Shown here: in pieces, positions 42,701 through 54,848 of the stretch | How the letters are laid out: each line of letters begins with the position of its first letter | Position numbering within the stretch: position 1 is the first letter of the stretch | Source of the DNA: Trichoplax adhaerens | Taxonomy: Eukaryota > Animalia > Placozoa | DNA: 64,000 nt | Reading direction: 5' to 3' | NCBI RefSeq assembly: GCF_000150275.1 | Contig: NW_002060944.1 | Span: 8,828,159 to 8,892,158, forward strand | The notes under the pieces: generated by a model | What the model was told of the DNA's origin: nothing | What the model saw: only the letters and a program-made list of their open reading frames with translations | The model's database searches: none | Made by a program: the position numbers and the translations under genes

Positions 42701-45700
42701 TATAACTGGTACAACAAATATTTTGTAAGTTCAGTTAGAGTACTAATTTGAATCGTCTATCTATTTCTAATGCTATTGAATATGGTAAGGGCAACAAGTT
42801 ATACAATAAGGCTACCGAACAAATTTGGATTTTAATTGCTTTATATTCTGTTGATCTATCGCTAATAACTGATAGCATTTTGTATATATGTTTACGAGTA
42901 ACATAACGAGATTCGTCTATATGAAGATTATAATCTCAATAAATGGTTGAATTTTATCATCAGAGATCTGTCTTCGAATCACATGGATGATCTTACCAGA
43001 TTTCAATTTTGTGATTGTTTAACCTTGTAAGTTTATCATTAGAGATTTATTTCTTTACAATTGCATTTTGAAAGCTAGTAGAACGCTTTAGAACTCTAGC
43101 AGTTCTAGTAATGCTAAATTATTGTCTGAGGAATACATAGTTAAGCCTCAAACTCGACAGGAAAATAAATTCCCTTCAAATTTGAAACAGCTTTCACTTT
43201 TAGCATTAAGCTAGTTTGAAAGTTTCTTCATTAATACAAGTTATAATACGCTATATTTCAGAAATCTTTCTCAAAACAAATTGGCATATTCTAGAAAGAT
43301 GAATTTTTCGTCGTGGCCATCGTTAACACAACTGTAAGTTACGGTTAAATACTTGTATCTTGCGTAAATGATTTTATTTAATCTGAGTTACTTGCGACGG
43401 AACTCACGGTGTTACTTACAAGGGAATAATATCAGCATTATGCTTTCCTGATTCGGATTTCAGCGATTTATCGAAAAACAGATTTAAAGTCATTGATTGG
43501 CAGACATTTTTAACGCTAAAGTTTCCTCAAAAGTTGAAGATAATGTTTGTATCAAAACTTTTGCATGATTATCATCTCTTAACATGTACAATTGAATGCA
43601 AGGACGGCACTATATACCACACAAACTATTATCGGTACCCCAGTTTCATTGCACTACAGTGAAAGATTGAAAGAATCGCTATCGATTAGTATACTGTTGT
43701 CACGAAAGTTATCTTCGTGGCATATACTTTATTTCTATGTTACGTTCTATATATGTTTGTATCTCAGAAATGTTTTACGGTTTCCTTAATTGTAATCTTA
43801 GTGGTTAACAGTTAATATCCTTAATTTAGGATTACATAGACTAAAATAGTAATTGACAACCAGCTAAACTGGATTATATCTATCACCTCCAAGTTGTTAA
43901 GGTTCAAAGTACAATTCCTAAGTTTATAGGAAATGTCTTAATAGGATAGCTTTATGTGTATCTGTTAAACTAATAATAAGCATTGATTATTTTAATACTG
44001 TTACAGTAAATTTAATACGATTAGACTGTATCTAATCGGTACAGATAGAATCTCTTTAGGATATTAATTTGGTTAATTTCTAATAGACGAGGTGACTTTT
44101 GTAGCTAAACCGATTTTAGGTCCGAAACCTATATAAACGGCGAGTTCGCCAACAATAAATTAGATTGTGATTTTCTATTAAGTCTTGAAGGTCTCCCTAC
44201 GTTGAACCCTATCTGCCTTGGAATACCAATTGTCTGGTATTCCAAATAACTGTAGTAAAGGGTAGAAGTCACTCTCTTAATACTTGTTGCAAGATAGGGT
44301 TAATCCTAATTCCTAACAACTGTATACGCAGTACTTTCCATAGTAAATAACATTTTTAAGGCAAAATTTTGCTTCCGAATTGAGTCTCTAAAAACTGTCA
44401 AAGACAAGCTTTGCCTTTATGGATATGAACATTTTAACGATTTAAGTATTAGAATTAAGTTCTGTGCTACTTAAATACTGTTCTACTGCGTCATTAAAAT
44501 AATTTTTTAAGTAGAGATTTAAGTTTGATTGTCTATTCTAAACGATGCATTCTAAAACGTAATTAAGTGACACTCAATCCTAAAGATCTTACTTAATTAA
44601 CAGTTTGTTATTACTAGACATTGATATGAAACTTACAGTTACGAATTTTTTCTAAAATCAAGTCAAAAGACATGAAAAGTACTCTTATCTCCGTAATCTT
44701 ACTAGGAATCTATCTGAAAATCTCTTGCAATTGATCCATGCAAGAACATTCTCAACAATGCCGACTTTGGAACGGTTGTAAGTAGCTTTATCCTATAGTA
44801 TATATTACAATAAAATTAGAATTTTAATTTATTGTATTTTACGAATCTTCTCGATAAAGATAAATATATAATATTTTACCGAAAACGCCTTCAAAATATT
44901 TTTTTGATCAAAACTTATATTAATCTCTCGTAAAGGTATTGTCAATCAAATGAATTGAAGGAATTGAGTTTCCTAAGATCTTTGTCAGGTCTTAAATACC
45001 TGTATGTAAAACATTAGGCTAATAAGTACATATTAAGGCCATTATCTATATTATGTAAAAATATTTTATACGTGTGGTGTGTGCCTATAGTAGTACATAG
45101 TCCGATATACGAGTACAGAAAGTGAGGATTTGTAAAAATCATAAATAAGGCACGTGAACATAATACGAACGACGAGTGCACTGCATATCTTTAGAGGGCG
45201 TATTTACAAACGTTCGAGTACGCTTATTCACGTTATAAATTCATGATGAGCGATAAAAAATTGCCACAAGCTAAATTTTTCAGCAGAATAGTAATACCAA
45301 TTCTAGTGTTTTATAGATACTGTATAAGATTTTTAAAAATGGCTCAAATGCTAACATTTACTTACTGTAATCAAAGCTCTCTAGTTGATAACGAAATTAT
45401 TACATTGAATAAAGAAGACTTCGCCAATTTAACGCAACTTGAAGAATTGTAAGCTATGCTTGTAAATTTCAAACATTGTAAATGCAATTGATTTTAAAAT
45501 ATGAAAAGGGAATATGTGAATTTGCCGAGTAAATATATAATTATCGCGCAACGACATGATATTTTCTAGCCTATTTCTCTTCAGGTTTTGAATACTGTGA
45601 TATTCTTATTCTATAAAAAACTCTGCATAATAGTACAAAAGATTTACTTCCGGCCAGCTGATGCCAAAATATCAGCACAAATTACTAATTCATATACATA

Positions 45701-48700
45701 ACAGGATATTACGGTAGTATTTTACCGTGTATGATTTTCTTAGATTTTTAGACAAAAATTTTATTAAAGCTATGACCAATGACTACTTTACAAACACTAG
45801 GCTGCAAGTGCTGTAAGTGCTTTTCACTTCTACAATTAGATTTGCAATAGATAAATTATGCAATCCAATGTACGTAGACTATATTGAATTCTATAAATAA
45901 AATTTACTATATGCTGCTGCCACAGATCACTAGCGAAGAATGATATTCACACAATAACGAATGCTTTCCATGGTTTGTCGTCTCTCAAAACCCTGTAAGT
46001 GGCAATTTGCATAATAGGAATTTTCTATCTAGTAAACCAAGCTGAGATAAAAAGAATGTTTATAAACCCCAATAGATTGTAAGTTAATAAATTGCAGCAC
46101 TCCAAAGGGTCAGTGTTGGTTTGCAAGCTGGCTTTGATAGCCTGTGTAGATATATTGAATAATGGAATACTTAGGCTAGCAAGGTCACTAAACAGAATAT
46201 TCTTATTCTGTTGTCCCGGTTAGAGGTAGTAATCAATTTACAAATATTCCCTTCTATATGAGAATAAACAGCGGATAATTAATTGATATTGTAACCCAAA
46301 GATAATTCGTCCAAAATCTTTATCGAGCTTTAATATTTAAACGTAATATAATTCTAATAGGTATAGGGTATTAAATATAAATACTTTAGAGAGCATAGTA
46401 GAGCTCGTGCATTATTTAATATATGCGTACTTAATCTAATGACCCTATAATAGTCTAAAAGATATTTTATATTATTTCTGATGCTATGTCAATGACATAA
46501 GCAGATCATTAATCAGTTCCTTTTAATTGATTTCTTCTATTCTTAATTGTAATTCCGCTGAAAGAAATTTGGATAGCAACAAAATAGATAATTTGACTGG
46601 AATATTTGTAGAAAGACTTTCAAATTTAACTGAACTGTAAGATATTAATCTTTGGCGTACATTTGCTTACGTGTTCTCAACATTAATTCGTCATATTGAA
46701 AACTGTATCAAATATGGAGCGAATTTTGGTTTCAAATAAAGTTGAATAAGATAGACTTTACAGTTGACTGCATATTATTCAACCTGTAGTTTGAATTAAC
46801 ATTTATTCAGATCAATGCAGCATAACTTGATCGGATCATTAGAAGGGAATTCATTAAGAAATTTAATTTCCATGACGCACTTGTAAGTGTTTGCTTTGAA
46901 ATTCAGTAGGCTTAATCAGTCGAATTTGATGAGCTTGATAAGTCATTTCGTAAATGCATAGAGAATTTGTAAAGCTACTAAAACCATCGTAGTCTGAGCT
47001 TCAGTACAATTGGAATAATTTTATCATTAACTTTTTGATTTAATTTTCAGGAATTTTTACGGAAATAAGTTGTCTTCAATTAGTAATCTAATGTATTGGA
47101 ATTTTGTGAGATTGTATGCTGGGAAGAATATTTTTGTGTTCAATATTTTATTAGTATTTTAATAATCATATATCATTTAAAACTCATAAAACAATTTTAA
47201 AAGTTGATATAAGGAACCACTAGCCATGTAGTATCAACAACCGAGCCAAATAGATTGAGAAAAATGATTAATTGATAATTTGATTAATTATTAGATCTGT
47301 CGGAAATAATAAGCTAAATACTTTATCATGTTCTGAACTACCCTACAACACCTACGAATTGTAAGCTTTTTCCGTAAATTTAAATTTTGTAGCCTAAAAT
47401 TCCGTTAGCCGGCTTTTTCCTTAAGCTTGAATCAGTATTGTTGCGAATAATTTTACTACTTCATTGCAGAGATCTGAGCAAGAATAATATATCTAAGATT
47501 GACTCAAATTGTAAACATATCTTAGGCCAAATTGCTATACTGTAAGCATTGAACATTTTATGTTGTTCAATTTTTTTGAGATAAACGCGAGCGAATAAAC
47601 TGCGAGCATAATGACCGTTATATTTTAATTTCAGGGATCTTAGCTGTAATCAATTAGTAAGCAATGGCATTAACATTCAGAAAGATATTTTGGAAAAACT
47701 ACATTTTGTAGTGTCATTGTAGGTTGCATTTCGAGTTATTAGAATTAATTCAAAATAGTTAGAATTCCTTTCTTATAAGACATCATTTATATAAATAGGT
47801 TCCTAGCAAGCTATAAGATGCTATTTTTAAATTTTGAGCTACAAATTTAACTTGCATTTTAATTTGATTATTCCAATTCAGGAAATTAGCAGGTAACAAC
47901 ATCGCAGAGCTACAAAATCCAATTAGACATTTCAATTTGTTGAATCTGTAAGTAAGATTATGCTGAAAATGCAGGTACATCCAATATCTCAGTGATAATA
48001 AAGGATTTTCAAGAACCTGTATTAGTAATTTAAAAATCTTACACTAAAAAAGGGAATATCTGAAATCATGATTACTGAACATCTTTCATAGCACCTTGTC
48101 ACAAAACAGCTTTGCAACAAGATAACGCAATATACGATCAATAAGTCAATTCCTTGAACCACGTATCAAGGAACGATATCTGCACTATCACAAACACTTT
48201 TGCTCTACTAGCAGACTACACAAAGACTTAAACGCCTCGTATTTTACGTTAAACACTAAGTTGGACAATTCTTCTTTATTTCACGATATACTGCATTTAT
48301 ATACTATTCCTCAATAGTTCATGAGTCATAGTTAATACAATTAACATTAGAATCATTTACTGAATTAGATATTAATTTTAGCTACTGCTCCCTTAATGCA
48401 GACAACAGTATTTACGAACATAGACATGTAATGACTAATACAGAATAGTCAGATTACGATATGTCCTATCACGGAACATTTCTATGATAATTTACAGTCT
48501 ACCATAAGTAAATTACAATCACAATGATTCGAACTGTAAGCAGATGATTTGCATTCCCTATTATAACTATTATAATTTCAGTATGTGTATAAGTGTCACT
48601 GTCATAAAAAGTCAGTGCTATATTAAAATACAGTATATCCAAATTAGAAGTTAACTAAATAAGGATAGTCTAACAGAATTATCCTAACATAGTTATTTCT

Positions 48701-51700
48701 ACTGTAATACAGTATTTAACACTGTAACACACCTGTTAATTTATTTTCCGCGCTATGCTATTTAGTACCAACTCATAAAGTATGCCAACTTAATCTTTAA
48801 CCCTACAGAGATATTAGTAGTAACCCAATTACGCTCTCAAAAATCGTTGGCAAGATTGATATAATCGTAAAGTCTTATTTGCAAACCATGTAAGTAAACT
48901 ACTTTCGCATACCTTAAATCTGTAAAAATTATTACTACTTTATTTAAATGTAACAAGTGCAGTACTTTGATAACCTTAATCAATAATAAATAGAAGTTTG
49001 TAAAACTTGTTTTATAGCTGCATAACACTATTTTATTTTCAAATATGGCAAACTTAATCTAATTATATTATTATATGATGGGCATTAGCATTGCTAGTAA
49101 TTGTCTAATATCAGATATTTATGGGATTGGCTTCCACTTCTTTACCCAATTAAGCACACTGTAAGTTTTATGAACAGTTGCCATGTTATACACATACTTA
49201 AAAACTAAAATGCATTAAAATATTTATTCATTTGTTTAATACTCTTTATTTTTTCTAAGGTTTATTTTGAACATTTTTGTAGAGTAATTAATGATAATAA
49301 CCTAGAATATCTAGATATGTCTTCCTTCAGAAAAGAATCTTCAAAGCTGATGGAACTGTAAGTAAAGATCACTATTAGACTGATTAAAAGTCTATCTTTT
49401 TATAGCAAGCTTAAGATTTTAATTTTGAATTATGACAATACTTTCAATACTGTCCTTAGACAAATTGCTGGAAACAATTTGCAAACATTGAAATTTTCAT
49501 CGAAAACTCGCTTCATTCAATTAAAATTTTTGTGAGTGAAGACATATATCAATTTAAAAAATATTTATTTTTACGACTTCCTAGATTTTCTAAATACTTA
49601 ATATAAGTAATATTTGCTGTGTTTTAACACAATGCTTAATAATTATGACAATGATGTCATTAACAAATGTTTTGTTATTATAAAAGAAACCTTTCTACTA
49701 ATAAATTATCCGACGTCTGTAAGGAAAGCTTAGCTTTTCATTTTGCCAAAATTGAAAGACTGTAAGTTATGAGTTCTCTTATCACAAGATTAAAACATTA
49801 CTAATGTCACGTTAGGAGATGTATATAGATACATTTGCTTTAATGAAGATATTTATTTCTGATATTGATGTACATATATAGCTTTTTTGATTAAATGGCA
49901 ATCTTCTAAAGTCGTTAAGCACAGTATCTTTCAGAATTAGTACATTTGTAGTTACTAAAATATCATTTTAACACATTTCTATTTGTAAGTTCTAGCTACA
50001 GACAGTTATAAATTTTTCATTAGATAGAAATTCTATGACTAATAAATTATTTGTAATTTCAGAGATCTTAGCCGTAATAACATTAACGTACTTGAAGAAA
50101 GATGCTTTAGAGGCCTTTTGCAGCTGAGAACATTGTAAGTATTCCAATCAAAAATTAAAAAATTTAATTATCGATTTAATATCTCTATAGATTTTGCAAT
50201 ATTGTTTACAAAATATTTGAGAATGAAACTTGCACAGGTTTGCATATTAAAATAATGAAATGGATAGTGATGTAATAAAATCACTAATATGTCCGGTGAC
50301 GCTAACCAAACTTGAATATGCTGATTGTAGCCCTTTAAAATTAGCTTCATGATCGATTCCTAATGCTTTAGTGTTAAATGAAAGAACGAAAGTCTCTACT
50401 AGCTTACCTGTTGAAGTAGTTTAATAACTTAGCTGGAACTATTTGTCCATTTAATATAAGTAATATTTACATGGGCTATTTAATTTTTCTAAATCTTTTT
50501 AGATTTTTACAAGGAAATACGCTTGGGTATATAAGTGCAATATCTTTCTACGGACCGCCTAGGTTAACAACAATGTAAGTTGATAATATACTGTACCTAG
50601 CATTAAGCATATTCTGCTGTGATATGACAATATTTGAATAAAAGTGCATTTAATCAGTAACCTGGGATACATTTACTATATACCTTTGAATGTGTAATAT
50701 GAAATAATTAAAACTAAGTTCCTTATGCTAGATCACTTCTTCAATAAACTACTTGTTGATATGGTTTACATAACATTTTTCTGATCATTCTTAGCGATAT
50801 TAAAGGCTGTAATATTCTTTGTTCTAGTTTATCAGATCGAGATTATTTATGCTGTATAGTTCCCTCTAAGGTTAAGACATGTTCTCCTGATATGCATTCA
50901 ACAGTTCTCAACTCTTGTGAACGTCTTCTATCACATGTTTCACTGGAGTCATTTATTTGGATTATTGGTCTTTTAGCTCTAATTGGGAACATACTAGTTC
51001 TAATTCAAAATTACTCAGTAGTACAACAGAAGAAAAATCCTGTTCCCATGTACCTAATTAATAATTTAGCCACTTCTGATCTTTTAATGGCAGTCTATTT
51101 ACTGATTATCGCCATTGCTGATATAAATTTTACTGGCAATGAATACGGACCACATTCTGAATTATGGTTATCTCATCCGATGTGTCTAATAGCTTGCTTT
51201 TTAATTTCATTGTCAAGTATAACTACGTTCTTAGTTATGATGATTATTTGTGTGGACAGATATATTTGTATAGTCTTCCCTTTTACTTCCAAGAAAGTTG
51301 GTACGAAAAACGCGAAAATCGCTGTTGGTATTATGTGGATGTTTGGTATTATTTTTTCCGCAGTACCTACCTTATTTAGCATACAACAACCAGGCTATCT
51401 GCGATTATACACATATAGTAGTATATGTGTTCCGAATAATTATCAAAACTTTTATTATAGAATGTGGATGATATCACGTTTACTCATTACCGTGATAGGT
51501 TGGATCAGCATGTTTATATTATATATTCAAATTTTTATTACCGCCAATATCAGTGCTAAAGGAATACGCAAATCGACCACTACTAAGAATAAAATGCTCG
51601 CAATCCGTTTGTTATTAATTATGCTAACAGATGCAATTTGCTGGATTCCTTATTATTACGTTAACGTAGCAGGGTATTTGACAAGCGGTAAGGTTGATCC

Positions 51701-51911
51701 AATTACATTGCAATTTATCTCTATCTTAACACTGCCGATCAACGCTGCAGTGAATCCTTTTTTATACACTGTCACCAACATCGACACCTTGAAGAGATTA
51801 TTTCGTAGAAATTCCAGGAAAGGCACTCTACAAGCACAGGTACACCTTCCTACAAGGACGACTATTACGTTTATTAATCAACAGCAACGTTCAGGAGGTG
51901 TTACAGTTTAA
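33800..51911 (+). CDS. Giant leucine-rich-repeat GPCR (LGR family, relaxin-receptor/type-C-like hinge, no LDLa), about 1500 aa
   Basis: Signal exon 33800-33890 (MLMMSHLQFCINLIKIASILILSIMIKSITG); LRRNT exon 34144-34261 (CPEFCVCDSSILQC); about 46 phase-2 LRR exons, mostly 72 nt, from 35379-35450 to 50503-50574; terminal exon 50828-51911 with hinge YLCCIVP..CSP...NSCERLL and 7TM motifs NLATSDLLMAVYL, DRY, TDAICWIP, PINAAVNPFLY. Confidence 0.92.
35379..50574 (+). CDS. LRR exon array of the LGR (one xLxxNxL repeat per symmetric phase-2 exon)
   Basis: Examples: 35570-35641 DLSSNGLETIQPNTFCRISGLLE; 37872-37943 DLAMNEISYIARDSFKSLTSLSE; 40096-40167 YLNDNNLKHISNATFFGLKSLTV; 44706-44777 NLSENLLQLIHARTFSTMPTLER; 48809-48889 DISSNPITLSK...; 50063-50134 DLSRNNINVLEERCFRGLLQLRT. 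Exon lengths are 63-84 nt, all multiples of 3. Confidence 0.9.
36140..36830 (+). repeat. Intronic dispersed repeat, copy 1 (~0.7 kb)
   Basis: Colinear with ~48050-48730; shared blocks include agactaca.aaagactta.ac.cctcgtattttacgttaaacactaa and aatagtcagattac.atat.tcctatc.cggaa.attt. Confidence 0.85.
48050..48730 (+). repeat. Intronic dispersed repeat, copy 2 (~0.7 kb)
   Basis: Same-orientation diverged copy of 36140-36830 with indels. Confidence 0.85.
49882..49984 (+). pseudogene. Decayed LRR pseudo-exon inside the LGR
   Basis: LRR-like LNGNLLKSLSTVSF between AG (49880-81) and GTAAGT (49985). The span is 103 nt, the LRR frame is out of phase with the acceptor, and it carries stops (TGA 49888-90, TAA 49969-71). 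Confidence 0.6.
50828..51911 (+). CDS. Hinge plus rhodopsin-class 7TM terminal exon of the LGR
   Basis: The provided 339-aa ORF extends in frame upstream to the acceptor at 50827; seven hydrophobic segments and LGR-type motifs. Confidence 0.95.
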
Positions 51912-53767
51912 TTAAAGTAAGAAGATTCCCTTCAGCACGTAGATGAATAAGCATCATTTTTTTGAATGCTCTATATTTTATTTCAAATTCTACTTCTTTT
52001 GTATGATCCAATAAGGTTACTACTTTGTAAATTATTCTTTCTTTTGAGGCAAATTAACTAACATTCGTAGTTAAAATTGAAAATTTTTGTAATCATCTAT
52101 AATTCTTATTCTATATTTTGATTCTTGTTCATATTAGTAATCATGGCAAATAAATCTTTACAAATAAATGTATATATAATGGTGCTTAAAATAATTATTA
52201 TACGAGTATGTATCAGATGTACACACTATTAATCGATTTGCCCAATTTCTGATAGCTATCTACAGTATGTGTAAACATAATGCGGATGCGTTGCTGGCGC
52301 ATCTTTTCATACCTTACGGAAAAAATCTTTTACCTGTAGTGAAATAAGACGCAACACTAAAAATTAGTTGCTCCAATAAGTATCTAATAAACACACTAAA
52401 AGGCTTATTAGTTCATTCATAATCTTGTACTCCATGTTTGCACTTATCCTTATTTAGATTACTAATTTTTATTTCAATAAATCTGTTGCCGACCACTAGC
52501 ATCTGAACTTGTATAATATTTTGTACATCACCGATGTCTTCAACTTATGTTAGGCTTTGCTAACGATAACATGATTGCTTGTGTAAAGAGAATATTATCT
52601 TATTACAGGTAGGTCTTTTTAAAATCGATGTAAGAATTGACTCATGATAGTCGCTAAAGATCCTGAATACTGAATGTTGATTATATGTCCGAAATTAGGA
52701 GAGAGAACTGTCGATGTTGATTGATCATAGTGACAGTGATTTGAAAGTACGTACAGCGTCAACTCGATTCGTGTCCCGTTCTACTTATTAGGATTAGGTT
52801 TAAGGGGGAGAAGAAGAAATTTTTGCTTATACTCGTCTACACTGTGATTTGTTTTCTTCTTTGAATTATTTGAATAGTAAAAGCTTTAAGTAAAACGCTT
52901 CAAAAGCACCATTGGTTAAAGCCATACATTTGCGATTCATTTAATACAAATTGATGCAAAAATTACAATATGGAATGGAAGGGATCGCGTCGGACAATTC
53001 GGCTCGACTAGGAAACTCATCTAAAAAATTCTTCCTTATATAGGCCAAGTTAGAACTCTGATTTTTTTATCTTTACTATGGTTTAGTCAATCAACTCTAC
53101 TGTACAGAGTACATCGCAAATCTGCGGGATCTAATGAAGAGGGATTACTAAAGAGAAAGTGAGTGATTCTCTTTTTAGTAGTCTGTGATGGAATCATGGT
53201 GTATCTAGCTATCCATGAGGATCAACGTCAATCGACAACTCCCCTACATTACATGTTGTGACGGCACTATATTGACTAAATTATAGAGTTTAAGAAAATA
53301 TTGTTGCTGACAGTGTTTCAGTGTTTGCGTATACCTTATTTCTACTAGTAAAATATACCCGTTCATGTGAACGGAGGGAAGGAAGTATAATAAAATATTG
53401 ACAATGTTGAACAGCTACTATTCTTGGATTTTTGTCGTTGTAATTTGCCTGTATTATTGAGTATGTAGTACTGTTTAATGATTTAAATCTTGCGCAAAAC
53501 TAAAGGTATCATGCAAATAATCTACTTTAATTAATTCAAATTGACATTGACAATTGATATAATTTCTAGCCTTCTGTTGACAATTTACAATACATAAAAT
53601 CATCTCAATTCAACTATGTAGACACTATATGCAAGGATAATGCTGTGCTAATAAGTATATTTATTTACAAAATTTCAGGATATACTATATTATCAGTAAA
53701 TTGCATATGACCATCGGATAAATAAACGTTATTGGTTAGAATTTTAATATTACTGGCATTAATTTAG

Positions 53768-53890
53768 CTAGCTTGACCCAAATTTGTGCTACAGTGAAAA
53801 CCAAGCCCTAGTACTGTATCCATGGATATGCGCAAGTCCAAATAGCTTGACCCAAATTTTTGCTACAGTGAAAACCAAGCCATAGTACAG
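53768..53890. repeat. Direct repeat (~48 bp x2)
   Basis: tagcttgacccaaattt(g/t)tgctacagtgaaaaccaagcc(c/a)tagtac at ~53768 and ~53844. Confidence 0.9.
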
Positions 53891-54212
53891 TACAGTACAG
53901 TACTGTACAGTACTGTACAGTACTGTACAGTGTACAGTGTAATGTACTGTACACTCACTGTACTGTACAGTACAGAACAGTGTGTATCAAAGTATTTTGT
54001 CACTTTGAAAAGCATCAACCAGTGATCTTAATAAGTAAATACTGATTAAGAGTTGTTACATTCCATAGCATTTATCATTCTATTATAGCTTTTACTGTAT
54101 TTTTAAAGAAAAATATTACCCGAAAGCGACAAAATGCTATGATACACACTGTACTGTACCGTACTGTACTGTACTGTATGGTAGGACTACAGTGTACAGT
54201 GTACAGTACAGA
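53882..54212. repeat. (TACAG/CTGTA)n tracts enclosing a 29-bp inverted repeat (MITE-like or hairpin)
   Basis: Arm 53978-54006 (cagtgtgtatcaaagtattttgtcacttt) matches the reverse complement of 54123-54151 (cagtgtgtatcatagcattttgtcgcttt) at 26/29 positions, with a 116-bp spacer; flanked by tactgtacag runs. Confidence 0.75.
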
Positions 54213-54224
54213 GATGTTCTGTAC

Positions 54225-54290
54225 TTGGCGGTGTGCACGTGACCTCTGCAATGTTCAAATTCAAACTTTGGCGGCATTGGTTATTGGTTA
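54225..54290 (+). promoter_or_regulatory. Putative NEMP1 promoter cluster: E2F-like, E-box, CHR-like and CCAAT motifs
   Basis: TTGGCGG 54225-31, CACGTGAC 54236-43, TTCAAA (reverse CHR TTTGAA) 54254-59 and 54260-65, TTTGGCGG 54267-74, ATTGG 54276-80 and 54283-87; about 0.6 kb upstream of the ATG in locally GC-richer sequence. Confidence 0.5.
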
Positions 54291-54848
54291 ATCAAGCAAG
54301 TCAATTGTACCGTATACTCACCATTCTCCTATGTCGTATTCAGTACGTAATTGTCGATACTGTCGCTAGGTATAAGTCGATCATCTCCATCCTGCCTTCT
54401 CAGGCCTGTGATTGGCCTGAAAATATCATTCCTGTCAACAGTCGTTAAGCGTCGCGAGTTTTTTTATCGTAACGCCTCCCAACTCCAACTGCTACTATCG
54501 CTGCCAAATTGAAATCATCTTCTAGTTTATGTTAGGAGTGAAAATGAACATTTGAAAATTAGCGATTGAAAGCGATTGCTACAACGAGGCACTCGATGCT
54601 ATTGGCAGCTCTGTGTTCCAGTCCAGCAACGACTATTTTCTATTCATCGATGAACATCGATTGACCACCAAGAGAAAAGTGAGAACACGTAGATACATTC
54701 GTTGATTTGTCAATAAGCCTTTGTAATTTATTGGATACCACAGTAAGATCGTTGATCATTTATTCTTGTGCCATTGATCGTCATTTAGGTTCATCTTATT
54801 GATTCTGATGTTGATATAGCCTAGTTACAATAATCAAAATATAAAAGC

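Noticed and set aside
52696-53250. Weak inverted similarity between ~52696-52730 and ~53215-53250
   Set aside because: Too many mismatches and gaps to call terminal inverted repeats by eye.
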